Part shown: positions 45,870-53,869 of the stretch, piece after piece | Position numbering within the stretch: the stretch's first letter is position 1 | How the letters are laid out: each line of letters begins with the position of its first letter | NCBI GenBank assembly: GCA_026981975.1 | Contig: JALSHV010000012.1 | Location: 6,703 to 70,702, forward strand | DNA length: 64,000 nt | Direction of reading: 5' to 3' | Source: Aquificaceae bacterium | GTDB lineage: Bacteria; Aquificota; Aquificia; Aquificales; Aquificaceae | Position numbers and translations under genes: made by a program | Notes under the pieces: generated by a model | What the model was told of the DNA's origin: nothing | The model's input: only the letters and a program-made list of their open reading frames with translations | The model's database searches: none

Positions 45870-47696
45870 ATGGCGTTTGATCTGACAATTAAGATCGGCG
45901 GAGAAGGTGGAGAAGGTGTTATCTCCGCAGGAGATTTTTTAACAGAAGCCGCCGCACGGGCGGGCTATGAGGTAGTAAACTTTAAAAGCTTTCCTTCAGA
46001 AATCAAAGGAGGTTACTCTCAATCTACGGTGAGAATATCCGATGTGAAGAAATACTCCACAGGCGACGGTTTTGATATTCTCTGTTGCTTCAACGGTGAA
46101 GCTTATGAATACAACAAGAAACATCTCAAACCGGGAACGGTACTGGTTTACGATTCTTCGGATTTTGAACCAGAAGAACACGAAGGGGTAATTACTTACC
46201 CTGTTCCCTTGTCAGAACTGGCAAGAGAAGTAATGAAAGCCTACATTACCAAAAATGTCATAGCTCTCGGTGTTCTTTGTGAACTGTTCAAGATTCCCGC
46301 AAAGCCAATAAAGGATTCCATAAAGGCAAAGTTCATGAGGAAAGGAGAAGATGTAGTTAATATGAATTACAGAGCTCTTGATGTAGGAATGAATTACGTC
46401 AGAGAAAATCTTGAAAAAAGAGATCCTTATTCATTTCCACCACCTAAGGAACCTAAGGATGTGGTAATAATGGAAGGCAATCAAGCAGTGGCAAAGGGTG
46501 CTGTTGTAGCAGGTTGCAAATTCTTCGCAGCGTATCCCATAACCCCCGCAACAACAGTAGGTAATTACATAGTAGATGATCTTATAAAAGCTGGCGGTTG
46601 GCTATATCAAGCGGAAGACGAAATAGCGGCAATGGCAATGGCTATAGGCGCTTCCCATGCGGGACTTAAATCCATGACAGCCACTTCTGGACCCGGTATG
46701 TGTTTGAAAACAGAACTCTTTACTTATGCGGGTATGGCAGAGATTCCTGTGGTTATCGTTGATGTTCAAAGAGTGGGACCCGCTACAGGAATGCCTACAA
46801 AGCATGAGCAGGGAGATCTTCATCATACCGTTTACGCAGGTCATGGAGACTACCCTAAGGCTGTATTAGCTCCCACAAACGTAGAAGAAAACTTTTACCT
46901 TACAATAGAAGCTTTTAATCTGGCAGAAAAATACCAAATGCCCGTTTTCTTACTCACAGATGCCTCCCTTTCACTCAGAGCGGAAGCTTTCCCTACTCCT
47001 AACGTTTCAAAGATTAAGTTAGAAAACCGCTGGCTATACAATCCCGCTGAGGATCCCGAAGGAAGGTATATAAGAAACGGTAGATTCCTGCGTTTTGCTC
47101 TTTTCACAGAAGACGGTATAACACCTATGGGAGTGCCGGGAGATCCGAACGCCATACATGCTATAACCGGCTTAGAACATCAGGAAAACTCCGATCCGCG
47201 TAACAGACCGGATATAAGAACCCTTCAGATGGAAAAGAGAATGAAGAAATTAGAAAAACTCCTAAGGGAAGATGCAGACAGATTCTACGAATTTGACGCG
47301 CCCTTTGAAAAAGCAGATATAGGCGTAATAACCTGGGGACTTACCGCTTCAATAACTAAGGAAGCGGTTGATCGTCTCAGAAGCAGAGGAGTGAAAGTAA
47401 ACGCTCTTTATATGAAAATGCTCTGGCCCGTGAGAGCTGATCTGGTAGAAGATTTTGCAAAGAGAGCGGAAAGAATAGCTATGCCAGAAACCAATTGGAG
47501 CGGACAGCTGGCGGATATTCTCAAACAGGAAACCCATATAAGACCTATAACGTTCAACATATACAGAGGAGAACCTATGATTCCCAGCGAAGTAGAAGGT
47601 TTTATAGACTATCTATTAGATAACCCGGAAATAACCGAAGGTAGGCTTACTGCTGCTGATGTTTTCGGTAAGGAGAAAGTCTACGGACTAATTTAA
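45870..47696 (+). CDS. korA: 2-oxoglutarate:ferredoxin oxidoreductase alpha subunit (fused gamma-alpha type)
   Basis: 608 aa. An N-terminal gamma-like domain (GGEGGEGVISAG) is fused to the alpha pyrimidine-binding and transketolase-like domains. Confidence 0.88.
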   Translation: MAFDLTIKIGGEGGEGVISAGDFLTEAAARAGYEVVNFKSFPSEIKGGYSQSTVRISDVKKYSTGDGFDILCCFNGEAYEYNKKHLKPGTVLVYDSSDFEPEEHEGVITYPVPLSELAREVMKAYITKNVIALGVLCELFKIPAKPIKDSIKAKFMRKGEDVVNMNYRALDVGMNYVRENLEKRDPYSFPPPKEPKDVVIMEGNQAVAKGAVVAGCKFFAAYPITPATTVGNYIVDDLIKAGGWLYQAEDEIAAMAMAIGASHAGLKSMTATSGPGMCLKTELFTYAGMAEIPVVIVDVQRVGPATGMPTKHEQGDLHHTVYAGHGDYPKAVLAPTNVEENFYLTIEAFNLAEKYQMPVFLLTDASLSLRAEAFPTPNVSKIKLENRWLYNPAEDPEGRYIRNGRFLRFALFTEDGITPMGVPGDPNAIHAITGLEHQENSDPRNRPDIRTLQMEKRMKKLEKLLREDADRFYEFDAPFEKADIGVITWGLTASITKEAVDRLRSRGVKVNALYMKMLWPVRADLVEDFAKRAERIAMPETNWSGQLADILKQETHIRPITFNIYRGEPMIPSEVEGFIDYLLDNPEITEGRLTAADVFGKEKVYGLI

Positions 47697-47712
47697 AGAA
47701 AGGAGGTGAAAA

Positions 47713-48633
47713 ATGGCACACTTTCAACAGTTAGAGGTTCAGCTCAAACCCGCGGATTACAGAAGTGATATAGAACCTACATGGTGTCCCGGTTGTGGAG
47801 ATTTCAGTGTAGTAGCAGCTTGCACAAAAGCATTTTCAGAACTAAAGCTTCCACCTGAAAATATAGTTCAGGTTTCAGGAATAGGTTGTTCTTCAAGAGC
47901 GCCTCTTTTTATGAAATCTTATTCAGTTCACACCCTTCACGGAAGAGCTTTGCCCGTAGCTGTGGGTATAAAATTAGCCAATCCAAACTTAACGGTAATA
48001 GTTCAAACGGGAGACGGAGATCTCTTTTCCATAGGTTCAGGACACAATCCCCACGCTGCAAGAAGAAATATTGATCTTACAGTAATATGTATGGACAATC
48101 AAATTTACGGACTTACAAAAAACCAAGTTTCTCCCACATCAAGAGAAGGACTCTACGGTTCTCTTACTCCCTACGGGACAATAGATAAACCCTTGAATCC
48201 AATTGCTACAATGTTGGCTTACGGAGCTACCTTTGTAGCTCAAACCTATTCCGGAAATCCCAAGCACATGACAGAAGTAATCAAACAGGCTATAGTTCAC
48301 AGAGGGTTTTCCTTTGTAAATGTCTTATCACCTTGTCCCACCTTTAACAGAGTTGATACTTTCAAGTATTACAAGTCAAGAACAAAAGATATAAACAAAG
48401 AATTAGGACACGATCCTACGGACTACTCAAAAGCTTTAGAATTAGCATTTCACGATCTTGATCACTATTACGATCCGAACGCTCCTGTTCCTATAGGAAT
48501 TTTCTTTAAAAAGGAAACGGAAACCTATCACGATAGGGTAAACGCGGTAAAAGCCAGATACAAAGCGGTGGACAAGCCAACCCCTGAACTAATCCAGAGC
48601 TTTGTTGATGCATGCAAACCGAAGGCTATATAG
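47713..48633 (+). CDS. korB: 2-oxoglutarate:ferredoxin oxidoreductase beta subunit (TPP-binding)
   Basis: 306 aa. WCPGCGDF and the TPP motif QTGDGDLFSIG are present. RBS AAGGAGGTG lies upstream. Confidence 0.88.
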   Translation: MAHFQQLEVQLKPADYRSDIEPTWCPGCGDFSVVAACTKAFSELKLPPENIVQVSGIGCSSRAPLFMKSYSVHTLHGRALPVAVGIKLANPNLTVIVQTGDGDLFSIGSGHNPHAARRNIDLTVICMDNQIYGLTKNQVSPTSREGLYGSLTPYGTIDKPLNPIATMLAYGATFVAQTYSGNPKHMTEVIKQAIVHRGFSFVNVLSPCPTFNRVDTFKYYKSRTKDINKELGHDPTDYSKALELAFHDLDHYYDPNAPVPIGIFFKKETETYHDRVNAVKARYKAVDKPTPELIQSFVDACKPKAI

Positions 48634-49066
48634 AAAAGAATACCTTATAAAATCACCTGAAGCGATGGAAGCGCTGGGAGCTTCCATCGCCAAAAATCTA
48701 AAAAAAGGAGATGTTGTTTGTCTAAGAGGTCCCTTAGGAAGCGGTAAAACCACCTTAGTGAGAGGAATAGCAAAAGGTTTAGGTATAAAGGAGGGTTATT
48801 CGGTTCGGAGTCCCACTTTTACACTGGTAAACGAATATCCTACACAAAGGGGAACACTTATCCACATAGATCTTTACAGAGTTCCAGATTTTGATTGGAG
48901 TGAGTTCTTAGGGAAAGGTATATTAGTTCTTGAATGGTGCATGACGGATATTTACAGTATACTGATTGAGATAGAAATATTAGATATAAGTAAAAGATTG
49001 GTTAGGATAAAAGAACAATCATGGGCATATTCAAAGAAGACCTTCTTAGATTCGGGAATCTTATAG
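48608..49066 (+). CDS. tsaE: tRNA threonylcarbamoyladenosine biosynthesis ATPase TsaE
   Basis: P-loop LRGPLGSGKTT, PTFTLVNEY and HIDLYRV are present. The start is uncertain (ATG 48608 overlaps korB by 26 nt). Confidence 0.8.
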   Translation: MHANRRLYRKEYLIKSPEAMEALGASIAKNLKKGDVVCLRGPLGSGKTTLVRGIAKGLGIKEGYSVRSPTFTLVNEYPTQRGTLIHIDLYRVPDFDWSEFLGKGILVLEWCMTDIYSILIEIEILDISKRLVRIKEQSWAYSKKTFLDSGIL

Positions 49067-49476
49067 ATAAAGAGATAGAGGTTAAACTTCCTCCAGAACA
49101 CCTTAAAAACTCCTACGAAAATTTAGAGTTTGTATTCGGTGAAGGCATTCTCATAATACGCGGAAAGAAAGCCGGTTTTCTGAGAAGAAAATTTGAGATT
49201 ACCGCGGTTCAGGAGAAGGAAGTTTACACTAAGGGGGTATATAAAACCGAAGATTTAGGTATATACCTCCGAATAACAGCGGGAGAAAAGGAAAATATCG
49301 TAAAAACACAAGGGATTTTTTCGGAAAAAGAACTACTTGGGTTGAGTGTTTGGGAAGCTCTTAAAAAAACCGATGTGTATAGAAAAATACCCGATCCCTT
49401 CAAAGAAAGAATTTTCCTTAAAAGATACAGATTAACAGAAGACTTCCTTCACCTTACTTTGGGAATACGCTCATGA
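49021..49476 (+). CDS. hypothetical protein (151 aa)
   Basis: The ORF is translationally coupled on both sides: a 46-nt overlap with tsaE and an ATGA overlap with selU. I recognise no motif. Confidence 0.5.
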   Translation: MGIFKEDLLRFGNLIDKEIEVKLPPEHLKNSYENLEFVFGEGILIIRGKKAGFLRRKFEITAVQEKEVYTKGVYKTEDLGIYLRITAGEKENIVKTQGIFSEKELLGLSVWEALKKTDVYRKIPDPFKERIFLKRYRLTEDFLHLTLGIRS

Positions 49477-50534
49477 GCAAGGACATCTCACCGGAAGAAA
49501 TGTTTTCTCTTAACAAAAAAGTCCTTGTAGATATAAGAAGTCCGGCTGAATACGACGACTTTCACATACCCGGTGCTGTTAATATTCCACTCTTTGATAA
49601 CGAAGAAAAAGCACTTATAGGATACATTTACAGGACATCAGGTATGGAAAAAGCCAGAAGATTGGGGGAAAAAATAGCAGAAGAAAAAATAGGAAGAATT
49701 TACTCCGAATTACGAAGTCTTAAGGAAAAATACGAAGATGTAATTATCTACTGCTGGCGAGGTGGACTGCGCAGTCTTAAGCTCTGTGAAGTAATGGAAC
49801 GCATGGGACTAACTCTTTACAGACTCAAAGGAGGATACAGAGCTTACAGACAATTTATTCTTTCCGATATGAAAAAGATACTTTCTTCTATTACCTTTGT
49901 TGTTCTTACAGGTAAGACAGGGGTAGGGAAGACAAAGATTCTTAGAGAATTGAAGAAAAGGAAACTGCCTATAATAGATCTTGAAGAACTCGCAGGTGAT
50001 AGAGGATCTGTTTTTGGGAATCTGGGAAGAAGCAGAAAGCTTTCCCAAAAGATGTTTGACGCTCTGCTATACGAAGAAATAAAAAATTGTAAAAGCGGTG
50101 TAGTTTTCACAGAAGATGAGAGTAAAAGAATAGGCAGGATCCACCTGCCCGAAGCTTTTTGGAACAGAAAGGAAAAAGGTCTTTACATAGAGATAACCGC
50201 TTCCTTAAATACAAGGATAGAAAATATTCTTGAAGAATACACTTCTTTCCAAGGTTGGGAAGAATACGTTGAAAAAGCACTATTTAAGATAGCAAAATAC
50301 CTTGGAACAGAAAGATTTAAATACCTAAAAAAACTCTTAAGAGATAAAGAATACAAAAAAGCTGTGCATTTTTTAATAGTAGAGTATTACGACAAAAAAT
50401 ACAAACTTACAGGGAAACCTTCCCTTAAAATAAATGCGGATAACTTGCAAGAGTGCGTTTCAAAGCTTGAAGAATTTTATATATCTTTAAAAGATGAGAG
50501 TGAAATTCCGAATCCTTCTATACAAGGGGGATAA
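49473..50534 (+). CDS. selU: tRNA 2-selenouridine(34) synthase
   Basis: 353 aa. It has a rhodanese domain with active-site YCWRGGLRS, the P-loop LTGKTGVGKT, EDESKRIG and the C-terminal EYYDKKY, as in E. coli YbbB/MnmH. Confidence 0.85.
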   Translation: MSKDISPEEMFSLNKKVLVDIRSPAEYDDFHIPGAVNIPLFDNEEKALIGYIYRTSGMEKARRLGEKIAEEKIGRIYSELRSLKEKYEDVIIYCWRGGLRSLKLCEVMERMGLTLYRLKGGYRAYRQFILSDMKKILSSITFVVLTGKTGVGKTKILRELKKRKLPIIDLEELAGDRGSVFGNLGRSRKLSQKMFDALLYEEIKNCKSGVVFTEDESKRIGRIHLPEAFWNRKEKGLYIEITASLNTRIENILEEYTSFQGWEEYVEKALFKIAKYLGTERFKYLKKLLRDKEYKKAVHFLIVEYYDKKYKLTGKPSLKINADNLQECVSKLEEFYISLKDESEIPNPSIQGG

Positions 50535-50835
50535 GCCCTTAAGCAGGAAAGATATTGTAGAAAAACAAGATCCTTTAAGCTTAGGAATAAGGTATATCCT
50601 TGAATACAAATACATAGAAGCAAGCAAGTGGCTTTTACTGGCGGAAGACTCCGAAGAAAAATATACCCTTCTTGCCCTTATAAGTCTTGCTCTTGGACAA
50701 AGGGAAACAGCTCAAGAGTTCATCACTCAGTCTAAGGAATATCCCAAAAAGACAGATATAAAAATACTCCTGTCAACACCCGAAATTTCTAAACCAGTAG
50801 AAGCAAATGTATTCTTTAAACAGTCTTCAAACTGA
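50494..50835 (+). CDS. hypothetical protein (113 aa), possibly a single TPR-like helical hairpin
   Basis: The ORF overlaps selU by 41 nt and the convergent nirB-like stop by 20 nt. I recognise no motif, so coding status is uncertain. Confidence 0.35.
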   Translation: MRVKFRILLYKGDKPLSRKDIVEKQDPLSLGIRYILEYKYIEASKWLLLAEDSEEKYTLLALISLALGQRETAQEFITQSKEYPKKTDIKILLSTPEISKPVEANVFFKQSSN

Positions 50836-53797
50836 ACTCTTCAAGAAAAAGAGCCTTAAAGGTATCCGGACCCAATCTTCTTACAAAAGCGGAAAAGCTT
50901 TCTCCTTCTGTTTTTTTCTCTTTGTAAAAACTTATTAGCTTATCTACAACTTTCTCCACCTCTTCAAGGGGTAGTCCCTGCAGGACTCTGAATCCTTCTC
51001 CCTCAGTGCAACCGCCAAGGAACAAATCTACTGCCAAGGTTACATTATCCCCTACTCTTGTTTTTGTTCCGACAAGTCCTATATCCGCTGCTCCGTGCTG
51101 ACCACACCCTTTTGCACATCCGGACCAATGAACTCTTAAATTAACACCCTCTTTAAACCTCTCTGAAAGGTAATTGGCAAGTCTTAAAGCATCGGGTTTG
51201 TTGGGAATCACTCCATAAGCACAAGTATCACTTCCACCACAAGCAAGGGTATGAACATGGGAGGATTTACTGTTAAATTCCGTTAAAAACTCTTCAGAAA
51301 GGAGAGGATCTAAATTCTCTTCAGGGATATTGGGAATATAGACATTCTGATAAACGGAAAGACGTAACTCCCTACTACCGTATTTGCGGGAAAGCTCCGC
51401 GATTTTCCTGAAATCATGAGCGTTTATTCTACCTACGGGTATGCCTATGAGTAAAGCAAAGGTGCCGTTACGCAACGGCACTATACCTTCCCTTTCACCG
51501 CTGTGAGTTACAAGATTTCTTCCCGCGGTGGGAAGAGTTTTATACAATCTCCGCTCTAACTCTTCCCTAAATCTATCCGGACCCCATTCTTCCAAAAGAT
51601 GATAGAGTCTGTTTTTACTTCTATTTTCCCTATTCCCAAAAGTGTTGTATATATCAAGGACACTCTTACAAAGATCAACAACTTCATAGGGTTCAACAAA
51701 AAGATCCATATCAATAGCCCTGACAGGTCCACCTGATCCCATTTTCCCTCCCAAGTAAAGGTTAAATCCAAGTCTGCCGTTTCTTTCCGCAAGATAAAGA
51801 CATATATCGTTATACAGTGCATTTATAGTATCCCTGCGGGATCCTAAAACAGCTATGTTAAACTTGCGCGGTAAATCCGCATACTCTCTTCTGCCCAGGA
51901 AAATACGCGTAATTTCCTGTGTTAGTCTAAGGGTATCTATGAGTGAGTCTATCGCAAGTCCTGCAAGTGGATCTCCTGTTACATTACGCACATTGTCCAT
52001 ACCTGTCTGCAAAGTGCTGAGTCCTGCGTTTTCCAAAGCTCCTATTATTTCAGGAATGTGGGCAAGGTTTATCCATCGCAGTTGGATTTGCTGGCGAGAT
52101 GTTATTTCTACTTCCCCTCTACAAAACTTCTCCGAAAGGTGCGCTATTATCTTAGCTTGTTCATAGGTAAGTTTGCCGTTAGGTATTCTTATTCTTACCA
52201 TAAAGTAACCGGGGGTAGCTTTTCTGTAGAAAATTCCAAACCACTTTAGCCGTATATCTCTGTCCTCTTCAGGTATTTTTTCTAAGTTTGCTTCTTCAAA
52301 ATAAGTTTTCATTTTTTCTTTAAATTCCTCTTCAAAAGGGTGAAGTTCCTTTTTAATAACTTCTATTTTGTTTACCCTTACAGGTTTCTCCTTAACGAAT
52401 TCTCTTAATATCTCTTCAATTAGCTCAATACAACTTCCACAGGAAGTTCCCGCTTTGGTGAGATTTTGAATATCTTCTAAACTTGTAGCGGATTGATCTT
52501 TTATTGCTTTTACAATTTCTCCTTTTGATACAGCGTTACAGTTACAAACTGTATCGGAGTCTTTGAGATCTCCAACTCCTAATTCTCTCGGAATCAAGTG
52601 TTTTATAAGGAACAAAGGCCTTTCTGATGATATATCCTTTCCGCTTTTGATAAGATCAAGAAGGTAGGTATTCCCTCTTATATCCCCATACAAAATTGTG
52701 CCTACAATTTTGTTATTCCTTATTACCGCTTTTCTGTAAAGGGATTTTCCTTTATCCAAAAAGGTGACAATTTCGTCACCCTCTTTTTCCTTAAATTCTC
52801 CCGCAGAAAAAAGACTTATACCTGCTACTTTGAGCATTGCATAGGGAAGAGATCCTTCGTATTTTCTTTCATTTCCGTAAATAAGATTGTGAGCGCATAC
52901 TTTAACCTGTTCCATTATCGGTGCGACTAATCCGTAAGTTTTCCCCCTGTGTTCAATGCACTCTCCTACAGCATACACATCGGGAGCGGAAGTTTCCAAA
53001 TAGTCGTCTACAACTATCCCTTTTCTAACTTTAAGTCCGGAGTTTTTCCCTACTTCAGTGTTAGGTTTTATTCCCGTAGCAAAAACAACAAAATCTACTG
53101 GTAGTTCTTCTCCGTCTTCAAACTCAAGTCCCTCTACTTTTTTCTCTCCCTTTATCTCCGTAGTTTTTTTCTCCAGTAATATCTTTAGCCCCATTCTTTC
53201 CAAATCTCTTTTAAGAAAATCTGAAGCGACTTTATCAAGCTGTTGTTCCATAAGAGCGTCAAAAAGATGAATTAAATAAACTTCCAGTCCTATATCTACA
53301 AGAGCTTTAGCAACTTCAAGTCCCAAGAGTCCACCACCTACTACAGCTGCTCTTTTGGAAATTCTTGCCAGATCCAAAATCCGAAAGACGTCATCAGCTG
53401 TTCTGTAGGTAAAAACTCCCTTTTTGTTTATTCCCTTTACGGGAGGTATAAAAGGTTTACTACCTGTTGCTATTACAACCTTATCGTAGTGATAGAGTTC
53501 ACCGTCTTCCGTTACTATCAACTTTTTCTTGGGAAAAATTCTGTCAACTCTGCAACCTACTTCTAACCGAACTCCCTTTTCTTCATACCACTGCCATCTT
53601 TTTATGTAGATTTCATTCATTAACTTTCTACCCGCTAAGACTTCCGTTATGAGTATGCGGTTGTAGCCTATGTATTTTTCCTCTCCGAAAACTTGGAGTT
53701 TTAATTCCCTACCTTCACCCCTTTGTAAAAGCTCTTCTACAAGAGCTGTTCCCGCAATGCCGTTACCTATGATCACAATCTTCATCTTTACCTCCAT
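50816..53797 (-). CDS. NAD(P)H-dependent nitrite/sulfite reductase: NirB-type flavoprotein fused to a full two-repeat siroheme-[4Fe-4S] hemoprotein
   Basis: 993 aa. An alternative start at 53785 (MKIVIIGNG) follows GGAGG. FAD and NAD folds are IIGNGIAG and VVGGGLLGLE. The BFD-type 2Fe-2S motif is CNCN...CGSC. Two NIR_SIR-like repeats follow, the second carrying the cluster motif CGGSDTC...CAKGC. Confidence 0.85.
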   Translation of the reverse strand: MEVKMKIVIIGNGIAGTALVEELLQRGEGRELKLQVFGEEKYIGYNRILITEVLAGRKLMNEIYIKRWQWYEEKGVRLEVGCRVDRIFPKKKLIVTEDGELYHYDKVVIATGSKPFIPPVKGINKKGVFTYRTADDVFRILDLARISKRAAVVGGGLLGLEVAKALVDIGLEVYLIHLFDALMEQQLDKVASDFLKRDLERMGLKILLEKKTTEIKGEKKVEGLEFEDGEELPVDFVVFATGIKPNTEVGKNSGLKVRKGIVVDDYLETSAPDVYAVGECIEHRGKTYGLVAPIMEQVKVCAHNLIYGNERKYEGSLPYAMLKVAGISLFSAGEFKEKEGDEIVTFLDKGKSLYRKAVIRNNKIVGTILYGDIRGNTYLLDLIKSGKDISSERPLFLIKHLIPRELGVGDLKDSDTVCNCNAVSKGEIVKAIKDQSATSLEDIQNLTKAGTSCGSCIELIEEILREFVKEKPVRVNKIEVIKKELHPFEEEFKEKMKTYFEEANLEKIPEEDRDIRLKWFGIFYRKATPGYFMVRIRIPNGKLTYEQAKIIAHLSEKFCRGEVEITSRQQIQLRWINLAHIPEIIGALENAGLSTLQTGMDNVRNVTGDPLAGLAIDSLIDTLRLTQEITRIFLGRREYADLPRKFNIAVLGSRRDTINALYNDICLYLAERNGRLGFNLYLGGKMGSGGPVRAIDMDLFVEPYEVVDLCKSVLDIYNTFGNRENRSKNRLYHLLEEWGPDRFREELERRLYKTLPTAGRNLVTHSGEREGIVPLRNGTFALLIGIPVGRINAHDFRKIAELSRKYGSRELRLSVYQNVYIPNIPEENLDPLLSEEFLTEFNSKSSHVHTLACGGSDTCAYGVIPNKPDALRLANYLSERFKEGVNLRVHWSGCAKGCGQHGAADIGLVGTKTRVGDNVTLAVDLFLGGCTEGEGFRVLQGLPLEEVEKVVDKLISFYKEKKTEGESFSAFVRRLGPDTFKALFLEEFSLKTV

Positions 53798-53869
53798 CTA
53801 AAAGCTTGCAAGAAACGTGCCACAGCTTTGTGAAGAAGCTTGTAATTTTTGCGATAAAATAAAGCTTTC

